From NCBI GenBank assembly GCA_964016885.1, contig OZ024743.1, positions 317,998,001-318,062,000 on the forward strand: a stretch of DNA of 64,000 nucleotides, in the 5' to 3' direction. Position numbers and translations under genes: made by a program. The notes below the pieces were generated by a model. That model was not told the DNA's origin. It saw only the letters and a program-made list of their open reading frames with translations, and ran no database searches. The DNA is from Eledone cirrhosa. Taxonomy: Eukaryota. Shown piece after piece: positions 24,364-38,314 of the stretch (positions are counted from its first letter, which is position 1; the number at the start of each line of letters is the position of its first letter).

Positions 24364-25289
24364 TTCCTGTCTCACCCTTGCAAGCAGGGAAAAAGCGGAC
24401 GTAAAATGAAATGATGATATATATATATATATATTACTTGTGTCATACATATTTTTGAAATGATGAATATTTTAATCCATACATGTATTTCACACTATCA
24501 CCAACATATCACTTTCACTTCCAATAATTGATGGAAATAGCTGTAAACATCTTTATTTTCTTAAAACTCTTTCCTTTCTCACCGGTCAACAGTATAGTAC
24601 TATAGTAAAATTACATGTCAGAGGACTTCTGCATTGATGGACTTGAAAGCATTGATGTAACCTTGATATAAACAAAAGCTTTCCACTGTATCCGACACAA
24701 ATATTCCAGCATAGTTGACCACCTCAGACTCTATCTGTCTCGCAACTCATGGATTTGAAGTCTTTTGTCAGGCCATTATATCACAGTGTATATTAATACA
24801 GATCTCTCTGACACACAAGATATTTATTCTAATGGACCTTAAGGTTCACACATGCTACCTGCACTCTTCCTTCTGAATATTAACAACTTGTTCACTGTTA
24901 TTTTAAGGGTACATATATCTGCAGAATGCTCAGCCACTTGCACATTAATTACAAAAATAGGCTGTTTCATTGTATCTCTAATTTAAAGGTGTAACATGTT
25001 GGGTAAATAAATCCAGAATATTGTATGAGTTCAAGGGTATAGAGCATAAATAATACATACACACACATTTTCAGACCAACCTCACTTGCGTAGAGAATCC
25101 ATTGGGTGAAACAGATGTCCCCGAGTATGGTTTACTAATTTGTTGTGGAACTATATATATATATATAACTAAATAAAAAAGATATATAGAGAGAGAAAGA
25201 GCCATATATTGTATAAAAACACAGTATATTGTATATATACCAAATACATATTCTATAGAAGAATGTGTACACAAGGGGAATTATAAGAG

Positions 25290-25434
25290 AAACCTGAGAG
25301 CGCTATTTCATACCTGGAGAGTGTAGCTCAAAATCAATCGATCATCGAAAAAATCAGTCAATACAGTCGATCATCGAAGACAAACTATTGATTATGATTA
25401 AACCACATGAGACACAGGTACTCTTCAGAGGTTT
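25290..25434 (-). ncRNA. Type I hammerhead with about 100-nt expanded stem II
   Basis: Minus strand: AAACCU-CUGAAGA-GUACCUG-[98 nt]-CAGGUAU-GAAA-U-AGCGCU (palindrome)-C-UC|AGGUUU. Confidence 0.68.
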
Positions 25435-27342
25435 AGTCTCACCATTCTAAGGAAAATATAGAATGAAGATGGAAAATAAGATAACATACTTGCCAATATA
25501 CACTGCTATGTCCAACACTTATTGAGAAACACAAAATTCTAAACATATTCGATGTTTTGATTTACTATTTGAATATAATTTATATGTATGTGTGTTAACA
25601 TTTGAAATGGAATAAAGACTTTTTATGAGTACTTTTTAATTAGTATGTTTTCCTTTGTTGTCAAATATATATTTTCGTTGTTCATTTTTAGTTTAACCAA
25701 CAGTATACATTTCTATGTGTAAGTGATGGCCGACCAATCTTACTGAAAAATAACTCAGTGAAGATTACGATTGGCAAGACACTATGTAAGACATCCCATA
25801 CTGAAGAAAAGGTTTCAAATCTACTAATGTTTTGGCAGCCAACATATTGGTAGATTAACTGTTGAAGACAATCCACTAACTTTATTGAACTATTTCAAAA
25901 ATATAATACACCAAAGACTACATTGGAAATATGCATAAGGATGGTTTAATGAGACATCTGGCATGAGTTTGTTTCATTGGTTTAATCAAAAGATCGGCTG
26001 AGATGAAATGGCATACATATATATGTGTGTGTGGTGATTTGGCAGAGTTATTAGAATATCAGATAGAATATAGCAGAGCCTGAAGTCCTCTGAGAAATAT
26101 CTAAATACAAAATCCTAATTTTTCAGAGGATGCCCCCATATATGATCCCATCTCCTCTCAGCATGGAAGAATACAAGCCCAGACACACAAGATACCACTA
26201 TTTTACAACTGTTTTAGTCCACAAACCAGTCTTAGGCATATATATGTACACATCATACTACACCCAAATAGAGTTAAACACAATAAGCTACATAAATAAT
26301 ACATACACCATTAACAATACTGCACTCCACCCCCCTATATAAACAAAATCTATGCACATACAGATATGTATACACACACACACTTTCCAATAATCATTTC
26401 TCAAATTAATGTGTTTACAAATGACTGAATGCTAAATACTGAAACTCTCATAGCAACAAACCAAAAAAAATGATTGAATAATAGAAAAAGGAAGGTAATA
26501 CTTGCTGAGCATAAACATAAGGCAGTAAAACTAAGCCAACAATATGGCAAACCCTGATGATGAGATTGTGAAGATCTAGGAATGTTGATTCTAGTATGGA
26601 TTTAAGAACACAGTTGTTCTAAACAAACTAACACCCAAGCATAAGATGGCTGTATCTTGATTTCAAGAATTTCCTTCCCTTGACCTTTTTCTCATACATA
26701 GGTGGCACAAACATGATTTTTTAGCCCTTCCAAGGATTTACATTTATTTCTGCATATGCTGAGGCAAAAGAAAAATAAACCTTTTTCAGCTATGGCCAAC
26801 CATGCTTATGCAACAGATGTGAAATGTGTTTAGATTAAGTGATGCCTGTGCTTGAATCTTTTTTTCACTCTGTGAACAATAGTGACAGGTGTCCTAAAAG
26901 AAGAATAGATCAACATCATTGGCTGCCATGAGTTGCAGAGTTTTCCTTCACCTAGAATGATGTCCTAACAATGACCAGAGCTTGTCATTCCTGGTGGCTT
27001 AATCACATGTTCAAGCATGAAACTGACTATTTCTATATCCCCATGCTTACATACATACACATACACACAGAGCTTCACTGCCTGAATATGGCGAGTGGCA
27101 AAATACAGAGGCTATCCTTGCATTTTCAAGACTAAAATGCCCTTTAAGGATGTTCAGGTAATGATAAGTAAGCAAGGGGGAGAACTGTTATAGCGATGAC
27201 TGATCCAAACATTTTGAAACAATTCAAAACAATGCAGAGAGTGTGTACCTTGTCTATAAGCCAATTTGGTGAAATATATGTTTCAATATTATTTGATCTT
27301 CTCAGTGAAGCATGATTCTTCCACAAGTTGGTTAGATTAGAA

Positions 27343-27798
27343 CAGTGGTCATCAACCTTTTGGGGTGTGCAGGCCACATTGCTATGCAGTGTCTCATTGG
27401 TGGACCATGATATCAAAATATAATAAATTTGCTTGACCTCAGACTGCTTTGTCCACAAGGCTACCTTAACCCCAGGATTTAATGAAGAACAATGAATTTT
27501 ATGTGATATTATTTTAATGACATTCCTTACTATAAATAAAATACAGGCAGAAATGGTAAATTGTTTAATGAGATACTATCTGTCTGAGTTTGATTGTTTG
27601 TTACTGTCACACAAAACATTACATTCAGTTAAGTGAGTCTTCTGGCTAGACGTGTTCTCTAGTCGGTATTCTAATCCAAAATAATTCAGAGCACTTTTTC
27701 AGGGATTGTTTAGCCTGAGATTGAAACCTGTTGGCGGGCCGGACAAAAATCCTTCACAGGCCACATGTGGCCCATGGGCCAGGTGTTACCAATCCCTG
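27343..27798. mobile_element. hAT (Charlie-like) MITE
   Basis: Ends CAGTGGTCATCAACC...GTTACCAATCCCTG with GGGCC/GGCCC subterminal motifs and imperfect 8-bp flanks GATTAGAA/CATAAGAA. Confidence 0.55.
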
Positions 27799-27909
27799 CA
27801 TAAGAACATCCAAATATAGATGTAGGAAACACGAAACAAATTATGCACCCCTTTATGTGTGTCAAGCTACATGGACCTGACAGAAGCTGATTTTTATCAA
27901 TTGTAGTAT

Positions 27910-28345
27910 TGGTAGATTGGCAGTATCGGTAGAGCATTGTGCAACATGCTTTGTGACATATAGTTATGTCCCTTTACATTCTGAGTTCAAATCCCACTGA
28001 GGTCACCTTTCATCCTTACGGGGGTTGATAAAATATAGTACCAGTAACACACTGGGGTCGATTTAATCGATTTTCCCTTCCCCTCAAATTGTTGACCTTG
28101 TGCCTAAATCAGAAACCATTATTAAGGCAATCAATTGGCAGTATCAGTAGAGCATTTGATAATATGCTTTGCGGCATAGAGTTACGGCCCTTTGCGTTCT
28201 GAGTTCAAATCCTGCCAAGGTTAGCTTTGCCATTCATCCTTACATGGTTGATAAAATAAAGTACCAGTAATGCACTGGAGTTGATTTAATGGATTTACCC
28301 CTCCCCCAAAATTATTAGCCTTGTTTCTAAATTAGAAACCATTAA
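27910..28345 (+). mobile_element. Two tandem Meta-like SINEs
   Basis: Two copies of the family consensus. Confidence 0.75.
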
Positions 28346-29749
28346 TTATAGTATTTGCACATTGCCATGTTGCCAGAAGGACCCTCTGCTAGTGGTAGCA
28401 ATTGAACAATACTTTTTATCTCTGTTTGTGAGATTGTGCACGCTGCTGAAATATTTGTAACTCTTCAGTCAGACCAAGTTCACAGTTTAGTGAACCATTA
28501 AAATAAGAGGCAGCCTTACCAACATGTTTGCAGACAAAGCTTTAATATTTCCTCAAAATCATAGCAAAAGGTTGGGAGAAAGGATGTAGTAATTTTAATG
28601 CCAAAAAAAAACTCTATATATGAGCTTATTTATGATAGTAAATAAAAGAGCAATAAAATATTTTAAAATAAGATTTGAATGAAATACAATAAGAAAGCAA
28701 TAAAAGAGGTGAAGGTAATAAAACAGGATAAATGAGATGACAAAGAAGCTAAGAAAAGTGAAATAAAATGAAATCATAATAAATTAACGAAAACTCTCAA
28801 CATAAAACAAGGAACCTGTTAATCCCAAATTTAAACAGCTCAAGGCCATATTCTGCAGGAAAACAATAAGGGCAACGTTTATTCTACAATTCAACTATAC
28901 ATAGCTTTCTTCTGTAAATAGAAAAAGAAAATAGGTCTGCAACAGTATTGTCTAAACACATATAGTCCTTGAAAGATAACAACACTCCATATGATACTTC
29001 GTGGAGAATCAGAGAAAGGAGACCATATATCAATGGGTCAAGAAGTTGTCAGTTATAGATACCATGGAAAAGGAGGATCATACTGAAAAATACTTGAACA
29101 TTTACCTTTTTAAAGTTCTTTTAAGTACACTGTATCAACTTTGCCTTTCCATAAAAAAGTACCAGTCGAATGGGGTTGATTCTTCTTCTATATCTCCTCT
29201 TTCTCACACTCTATTCTTCTCTGGAAAAAATCTGCTGTAGCCAGACCTGGAGAGATGGGCTCTGCCAGGCTTTAAAATGCCTCTATATACCCTAACCCTA
29301 AAACTCCCTCAGCAGTTACTGAGCCATACCAAGTACACTGTCATTTTCAGAAATTCATGTCAAAATACTGGCATCTGACTATATCAGAAAAATTACAGTA
29401 TGTTAGATATAGTAGGTCGATAAAACTTACTATATCACTTCTTTCGTGAGACTCAGGCTTTATTTTATTATTGTTCCTTTCTATCTACACACTTTGACCA
29501 TATAATACTGCATTGTTCTCTAACTATGAATACCTACCTTTATTTCTAATATAAGTATGTAAGAGTATATCTCTCATATGTATTTTGCTGCATTCACTTG
29601 TTATCAGACAGAGATCCACTACCCACGTAAGTGCAATATTCTGCAATTACTATTTTTGATTTTATAACATTTAACCTTGCTAGTTTTTATTCTATTTTTA
29701 CTTCCCTTAATTGTATATTTAACCATAGATTTTTTTAATGGGGATTTGA

Positions 29750-29932
29750 ACGTGGCAGTATCGGTAGAGGGTCGGACGCCATGCTTTCCAGCATAGTTAC
29801 GTCCCTTTACGATCTGAGTTCAAATCCCGCCGAGGTTGACTTTGCCTTTCATCCTTACGGGGTCGATAAAATAAAGTACCAGTAATGCACTGGGTAATTG
29901 CTGGCCTTGTGCCTAAAGTAGAAACAATTATG
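29750..29932 (+). mobile_element. Young Meta-like SINE
   Basis: Near-identical to 48810-48995 and to 20850-21035 (minus strand). Confidence 0.85.
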
Positions 29933-30314
29933 TTTTTATAGGGAGATAACTATAGCATCCTTGTCATCTGGAAAGGATGTTGATATCTGTTACAAACAGT
30001 AATGTGATATTTTGTAATAGGTGCATAACTTTTGCTTGAGAAACCAATGTTAGCTGTGGATATTACTTTGTAATGCATAACTACTTGAAGTAGCAGTAAC
30101 TTGGTACCTATTGTACTGTAACATCATCTTTTGACATCCTCTTTCCATGGTTGGATGGGTTGTTACGGTCCAGGACTAGAGAAGTCATGGGGGACCACAC
30201 CTTGCTCATATCTTGGACCATAAAACACACCATATATATATATATATATATATATATCATCATCATCATATAGTTACAATTTTCTTATAAACCAAAATTA
30301 AAAATTCAAGGCAT

Positions 30315-30429
30315 TTAATCACTGACATGTGTTTCTTCCCACAGTAATATACCACATACAGCAAATTATTTTATTTAACAATTTGCTATTAGTTAGCATA
30401 GACCATAGGTGTCATCAGAGTTTAATTAA
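30315..30429 (-). ncRNA. Degenerate type I hammerhead with branched stem II
   Basis: Minus strand: ACU-CUGAUGA-ca-CCUAUGGU...hairpin AGCAAAUUGUU/AAUAAUUUGCU...ACUGUGGG-aa-GAAA-C-ACAU-G-UC|AGU. The base of stem II is mismatched. Confidence 0.45.
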
Positions 30430-30480
30430 ATTCCAAAACAATTAATTCAATATCAATACAATGATAGGATCAAGCAGAGC

Positions 30481-30522
<42 letters not shown>

Positions 30523-30602
30523 CCGGCTCTGCTTGATCCTATCATTACATTAAGCTAAAATACACTTAGTAAATGAGTAAAATTTACTCTCATTAATATT
30601 AC

Positions 30603-30660
<58 letters not shown>

Positions 30661-31031
30661 TGTGGGTAGTATGATGAAATATTGGTGTTGGTACCAAAAA
30701 GGTAGATTAATGTATTTAAATGAAACATGTAAATTAATTAAATAATGAATTAATGTATTAAACCTGGGTTATTTATTTATTCATTTATATTGTAAAGACA
30801 GTAGCTGGAAGGAGACTTTTAGGAACTGATATGCTTGCCAGACATGCAAGAAGAACATGTCTTTTGCCTGCAGCAAATCACATAAACAGATATTTCATCT
30901 GAAGATATCGTTCCCATACCAGCAACAAATGCATATACTACAGCTTGGATTGCATAAGGGAACCATTGAAATAATTATAATGAATAAACACATTATGTAA
31001 TCACAGCATCTTTCTTAATGTTATTCTTATT

Positions 31032-31091
<60 letters not shown>

Positions 31092-31840
31092 CTTTAATAA
31101 TAATAACAGTGTTGCTATTGTTGGGTATATACTTAATCAGAGGGTTTAAAGCTCAATGCAATAGGGTTCATGCAGAGCTGATATATAAAGAATAAGAAAT
31201 AAAGAATTAGTTTGACAGCATATTGACTCTGGTATTTCTTATTCTTTATATATATATATAAAAAAGGGTAAAAGTTCAAGTGTATAAAGTTCTACCAATA
31301 AAGTTTCCAGCTTGATGTGGTTCAGCGCTCAGTAAATAAAGCGTACCAATTGATCATAGATACAATCTATGGAGAATAAGGAAGTAAATATTGAATAAAC
31401 AAATCAAATAATACTAAACAGAAAAATACGGAGAAATTTAAGACATTTTATTTGTGTTGCAAATATTTCACCAGGAAAGAGATTAAAAAAGCTAAAAAAA
31501 GGAAATGGTGAATACTCACTCAAGCTATAATACCAATATATAGATATTTTTCTATATATTATAACCTGAGCATTGCTTCGTGGAATTTACCTCTAACCCT
31601 TAATTTCAATCCTGTATCTTCAGAAACCTGATAAAATATATAAGCATGCAAATTCAAGAAAAAAACGTCTAAATATCAATTGGATAATTTCATTATATCT
31701 GTAAAATAACTTATATTACCAGACTGTTATAATCTGATGCTAAGTTTAAATGACAACAACCTCATATATTTAATTAAGTACGAGATTTAGAGAACAAAAG
31801 ACAGAAGAAAATGCATAGTGCTATATACTATATATTAGAA

Positions 31841-32626
31841 CTAGCAGAATGGCCCGGCGTTGCTCGGGATTTGCTATAGGGTTCTTATATATTTGATATA
31901 AGTTTATCCTTATCGAACCTCGTGAAATAAATACGTTTGTTTAAATTTTGTTATTGTGTGTGCAAAAATATCTGTCCATAAATATATAATTATATATATA
32001 TATTAAAATAACAGACTAAAGTTTAAGCAAATAATCACTGCTTTCACCCTTAACGGGATATTCTACCTAAAAGCAGTATGAAGTACATACACTAAGACTA
32101 ATTGATGTAATCTTTGGCTTTGTTTGTTTATATTTTGTTTTTGTGTATGCAAAAATATCTGTACACGAATATCTATATTAAAATAACATATTAATGTTTA
32201 AGCAAAGAATCGCTGCTTTCAGCCTTAACGGGATCTTCTTAAACTAAAAAAATCAATCTGGAAAACAGAAAGACGATACTTTGGTTCGTGAAGACGTTCC
32301 CTGGCATAAGAATATATATACACACACACACACTGATCGCGTCATAATGACGTAATGCAGACAGTCAGGCATACAGACAGATATTATGAAGGCGCGACGT
32401 CATATCTATGTATCTATCTAAAAAGAGAAAGACTAAGAGAAAGAGAAAGAGATCGCTAAATCGCCTAATACGGTCCCTAGGGCATTGAAAATTTGAAATT
32501 TTTTTTGCTCAAAACACTTCCGGGGTCATACGAGTTACATGTATAAAGTTTGAAAAAAACCGGTTGGGTACTTCTCGAGTTTTAGGGAAACAGACACACA
32601 GACATCCTCTGTTTTATATATATAGA
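31841..32626 (-). mobile_element. Non-autonomous Helitron
   Basis: Minus strand A|TCTATATATATAAAA ... CCCGAGCAACGCCGGG hairpin ... CTAG|T. Internal duplication at about 31935-32060 / 32120-32240. Confidence 0.85.
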
Positions 32627-32948
32627 TAACAAACATATGTAGAGTAAAGTCTGTGATTGCTTGCTAGCTTGTCTGTAGTGTAATACAGCCAAACGGATGC
32701 ATAATGGGAAAATACTTTGAAAGGAAGTTGCTTCTGAAATGGGAATACAAATGGAATAAAACAAGTTTCACATAAATCGGATCACGGGTTCCTGAGATAC
32801 GGGGTTTTTCCGGGTACTTTCATAAAGAGATAGAGAGAAAGAAATAGTGGTTGTGACAGAGTAGATTGAAAGAGAGACATAGAGAGGGAGAGAGAGAGAG
32901 GAGAATGGAAGAGAGCTGGTGGTGGTGTTGTGAATATATATATGTGCA

Positions 32949-32983
<35 letters not shown>

Positions 32984-34149
32984 GATCAGTGTATATAGAT
33001 CAGACACCCACATATATATACACACACACATACATATATATATATATATGTATACACACACACATTTATATATATACATACACACACATATATATGGGCC
33101 TTCCAGTTTCATTTCACATTATATACATGTCTGTGTATATTCTAATTATTTAAAAAATATTTTGAAGTGAACATGATCCAATGGGTCACAGGTGGTCTAG
33201 TATACTATATAAACAATGAATTAAAAACTATATAATGGTGAAATGAAATTTATTTTAATGAATGTTTAGACAAGGGTTTTGGTAAAAAAGCTTAACTGAC
33301 TTAATATTTAAAAACAATACATAGAATATCATCAGTCATTGCCAGAAAATATTTTAACAAATAAGAAAAGTACTACTTCACTTTGACAATATATATGGTA
33401 TTTAAGTAATTCCATTATTCAATATAGCCTTCAGTGGTCAATTATTAACACAGCCAAATCTTACAGAGATGGCAATCTGAATGTAATCTGTGTTTAACTG
33501 AGGCTCAAGAAATAACTGTCTAATTTTAAACTTTTGAATAAGAATGACGTCATTATTTCCTTTTGCCTTTCATCCTTACGGGGTCGATAAAATAAAGTAC
33601 CAGTAATGCACTGGGATAATTGCTGGCCTTGTGCCAAAAGTAGAAACAATTATTTCCTGTGCACATACATTTCCTTTTTCTTTCTCTAGAATGGTCTATG
33701 ATCCTACATAGGTATCACAAATGTTTCTCTATTAAGGGGATTTATGATCACCTCTAGAAATGATCAAATCTTCAGCCTCCAATTTTTAAGATTAAACTAT
33801 ATGAAAATGGCCCCCCTCATAAATTGCACATTAATTTTGGTGCAACTTGGACTGTCTGTGTATCTTAATGAATCTTGAACTGTCTCTTTAGACCTCCTTA
33901 AGATTTGCAGATCTTGTGGCATATATGGCATTGATAAGGGTGAACTGGTTTGTATATTCTATAGTCGGTAGGGAGTGTCCTATTGTGTGCTCTTATGAGA
34001 TATTGAAGTCCAGCCTCTGACAGGCAGATTTTGCCACAAACTGTACAAGTAGAAAAAGTTCCATTAATTTCATATTCCCTATTGGCTGTTTCTTATATTC
34101 TTCTTAATATCTACTTGCATTAGCCTGTTTTGCACAAAAGTTTTAACAG

Positions 34150-34720
34150 CATCCCATATTTTTTAACACCACACAGAGCAATCCACTGAGATAATTTCCA
34201 GGTTTCTGGGGTCAATTCCTACATTCTTCAAGTTCTCATTCAATATATCCTCGAACCTTTTCTTTGGTTTACTGGGGGGTTTTTTTCTGAGCAAGTTCCC
34301 AATAAAAGAGTTGCTTAAGGATACACTCATCGTGTATACGAGCGTATCCTTAAACAAATGTTTTATTGGGAACTTCTTCCTGAGAGGGTCATGGGGGAAG
34401 AGTCCTCACACTCCTTCCAGCAGGTCCTGTCAGAAGCAACCATCTCCAATTGATCTGGCTGGATCCCCAAGCTCATGGATGCTATTCAATCATCTTCTCA
34501 GGGTCTACTCCTGGGTCTCCTACCTGTTGGTTTTGCCTGTAAAATCTGTCTAGCGATTCTTTCCTGAGACATTCTAACCACATGCCCATAGTATCGGAGC
34601 TGTGATCTCTCAATTCGGAGAAGTAGTGGCTCTACCTGGAGTGACTATGATCTCCGAGTTATGCACTTTATCGAGTAACGTTACTCCAAAGACCCTTCGG
34701 AGGAATCCCATTTTGGCCGC
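34150..34720 (-). pseudogene. Decayed RTE 3' fragments of other families
   Basis: Peptides such as KPKKRFEDIL..NLK..GID and LRYYGHVVRM...GKTNR.ETQE. Confidence 0.5.
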
Positions 34721-35429
34721 TTATTGGGAACTTGCTCAGGAAAAAATAAAATATATATATATATATAAAACCCATGTGATGTTGACATACATGAGTACTC
34801 AAAGCAATGTTTAAATATTCTTTATTATGGCTAAGTGATAAGTCTCATTTACTCTGGAGTTTCAAGACTCATCACTTAGCCATAATAAATATATATAAGA
34901 ATCATAATTTTACGTCCGATTTCGATGCTTACGTAGGTTCGAATGTTTGTCTTGGTCCTTGACAGGTTGAAATACTATATTTTGCTCATATGTTCCATTT
35001 TTGACATGATTTCTACAGTTGGATGCCCTTCACAGCACCACATAAATATATACATATACTGTATATAACGCCATATTTACAACTGTGGAGGGGGGTCTTC
35101 CAAGATCTCTGTGCGTTTATATCCTGTAACTTAGCTATTCAGCAAAAAGAAATCGCTACAAGTACTAGACTTGAAGAAATAATTACTGGCATTGAAACGA
35201 AAGACTGAATTAACGCTTTTTTAAAGGCAGTGCTCCAGCATGGACTATGTCTAATGAATGAAAACCCAGTAAAGAATCCAGGAATGTATATTGTTATTCC
35301 TAAACATATAATAAATAGCTAAGCGATATATTCATTCGTATGTTGCTCTGTGTCTATATATATATATATATATATATCTTAGTATTTTATGCTATGCCGC
35401 CTTTCTTTCTCATCGATGTAATTGTTTTC

Positions 35430-35465
35430 ACGCAGGCGCATTGTTGTCGACATGGCGGACACCTG
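35430..35465 (+). promoter_or_regulatory. Putative promoter/TSS of the PPP1R37-like gene
   Basis: A GC/CpG-rich spot with GCGCA and YY1-like CATGGCGG in AT-rich DNA. A candidate donor (GAG|GTAACA) at 35730 and acceptor (ATTTAG) at 36184 lie upstream of the ATG. Confidence 0.35.
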
Positions 35466-36202
35466 ATGTCATAAGATACTTTACATTGAATAGATTCGGA
35501 CTAAATTGTTACCAATAAAATTAATCAATATGTCTTTGGATATTCTAAATATATTATTTCAACGTAAACTACAAGGCTTTAGTAAACCATAGATGTTTTT
35601 TAAAAAGAAAATTAAATAGGATTTTGAAAAAAAATCAATAATTAAAACCAACGGTAGATGATCAAACCATACGAATCTGGATTATGTGATTGGAAATATT
35701 TTAAACCTACCAATTTAACATCAAACGAGGTAACATTTTAAATTTTTGTGTGAACGTGTGCATTGTTTAGAAAGAAAAATAATATGTAATTAAACTATTG
35801 TCCCATATCTACTTCCTGTTATTGAATTATCTCTACGTAAGAAGCCTCATTCACAATTTTTCTTTGCGATATCATATATTTAGGTGTTTGTAAAATCTAC
35901 AACAGTCTGTCAAAAATTATATATAGATAGATAGATAGACTTTAAATATAGTAAAGAAATTAAGACAAGTAAATACATTAAATTTTGTGCATTAAAGCTC
36001 GATGTGGATCGGATTTACCTATCATGAAATGAAAAACATTTCAACCCTTGTCAAACAGGTGTAAAAGATTTAGCACCTCCCACTTACAGTGCATTGTAGT
36101 GATGTGTGTGTGTATTGTTTGGGTTTCGTTGAATACTGTCCTCTCTTCATAAGGTCTATCGTGTGTATTTACATGTTTATTTAGGATATACCAACCTAGG
36201 AT

Positions 36203-36635
36203 ATGGAAGAAGAATCCATCTCGACAACAAATGCAGATTCTAATTTAACTACAACCTCCATAATTGAACCAGAGAATTCAGAATGTAGTGAATTAACTAC
36301 GACCATGGTTAACGACAGCACATCGCAACAACAACAGAAGGACTCGGCGGAATTAGTAGCGAATATTAAAGATGTCAGTTCTTCTGGTGAGCCCAGTAAC
36401 AACACCGACACCTCAAACGACATTTCTGCTATTCCAACAAACAATAACAATACAATATTAAACAACAACAATAATATTGATGGGATCCATCGTAATAACA
36501 ACCCAGAGTATAGAAGCTCTTGTCTGAGTACGATCGGCAAATCGGAGTATCGAAATGGAAAACGCAGTGTTACCTTCCCAGATGATCATCGCCTTGTAAT
36601 TGGATTTTTAGAACCTTACAACCCCTGGAAGTATG
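36203..36635 (+). CDS. PPP1R37: First coding exon of a protein phosphatase 1 regulatory subunit 37 (LRRC68)-like gene
   Basis: A disordered N-terminus followed by KRSVTFPDDHRLVIGFLEPYNPWK, resembling PPP1R37 KRVTFPSDEDIVSGAVEPKDPWRH (RVxF motif). Donor G|GTATGT at 36636. Confidence 0.72.
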
Positions 36636-38314
36636 GTATGTACTGTTATGTTATTATATTATTATTATTCCTATTTTTCTTGTAAAACCCATACACTGAC
36701 GCATACACACACACATACAGACTGTTTTTCTCAATGTAAACCCTTTGTGGTGAGTAAAGACATCATCATTATTATTAGGGCGGTGGATTGGCAGAATCGG
36801 TAGAGCGTCGGACAAAATGCTTTATGGCATGTAGTTACGTCCCTTTACGCTCTGAGTTCAAATCCCGTCGAGGTTAACATTTCCTTTTATCCTTACGGGT
36901 GTCGATAAAATAAGTACCAGTTACACGCTGGAGTCGATTTAATCGACTTTCCCTCTCTCCAAAATTGTTGGCCTTGTGCCTAAATCAGAAACCATTATTA
37001 TTGTTGTTGTTGTTGTTATCTTAGGCGGTCTTCCCCCGGTTGAGGAATTTTTCTTGGATGGAAATATATTGTTACATCTATTATTTTTTGTTGTTTTGAC
37101 CCTTTTACTCTATGTGAACCTAAATTTATGTTATAAATGTCCCTTGCACTGTCCACAACACCTTTGGCCCTTGTGGCCAATAAAAGAAATTATTATTATT
37201 ATTATTAATTGATGTCAATATTATGATTTCATAATTTAGGACACAAGGCCAGCAGTTTTCGAGGTGTAGAAGAAAATCAATTCCCCCCCCCCCCCGGACT
37301 AAAAAAAAATAAAGTACCAGTCAAGTACTAGAGTGAATTTAATTATTTTCAGTAATCGATAAAATAAAAGTACCCAGTCAACTACTGAAGGTGGATTTAA
37401 TCGTCTTTCCCCGCTACCCTTCAAAATACTGCTTGCTGGCCTTGTGCTTAAATTAGAAACCAATATCGTGATATCATAATGATTTAATCTTTTGCTGTTT
37501 AAAATAGGACATTTTAGATATAGTTTCTTTCACTGTCACTATTTAGTTAATAACCGTTTATTTATTAAAACATTTTACATCAACTACTATCTATTATTTG
37601 TGTGTCTACGTTTAGTTTAAAAAATACACATTAAATTACTTATAAAAACAAATTACTAATCTGCATATTAATGAGGTACATCCAGTTAGCGTGTGCGGAC
37701 TGTAATAAATATTTCGTCCCAGTGCCCCTTTTTATATAAAGTGATAAAAATGTCCTTTATTATTATTATTTCTAAAACAGTTTTAATTAATATAGAAAAT
37801 ACAAAATATAACAGCATATGGTTCGGGTACTTTCCCCGCATGAAATAATTTCATTTAAAAATTTACCCGCCTTCAATTTTTCTTGTTGACCGGGTCAAGA
37901 TAATATTTTTTCTAATTCAACCCTTCTCATGACAAACCGCCTAAAACTGACACTATATTGCTAAAAAAAAAAAAATGTTTTAAAGAGTTCGTATTTAAAT
38001 TTAAACCTTTTATAATTTTATGTGAGACCTTTATGTTCCAAACACCAGCATAACAATGAGATAGTTATATTACTAAACCCTTCCACATTCTTGATTATTA
38101 TTTTTAATTATTTGAAATTATATGCAGTGTCTTTGATTAGAAAAGGTTAAGACTATGTTCAGCAATTTGATCTTTTGTATTCATTGCATTGAGTTATTCT
38201 ATTTTATCCCTCGAACTAATCGTTGTCTGTCTCTAGGGGGTCAACCTGACATAACCCTATAGTTCTGGCTATCTTACATGTACACGATAGGATGTTGTTA
38301 ATCAATCTATCAAC

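Noticed and set aside
29750-29832. tRNA genes (A-box/B-box motifs)
   Set aside because: These are SINE heads that run into the SINE body and do not form a full cloverleaf.
31585-31630. CTGAAGA...GAAA on the minus strand; similar weak hits near 10290-10350, 29540-29610 and 38685-38716
   Set aside because: No convincing stems I and II.
34845-34880. Minus-strand GTGATGA-GTCTT-GAAA as a hammerhead
   Set aside because: C3 is missing without compensation and there is no stem II. Kept only as a hairpin.
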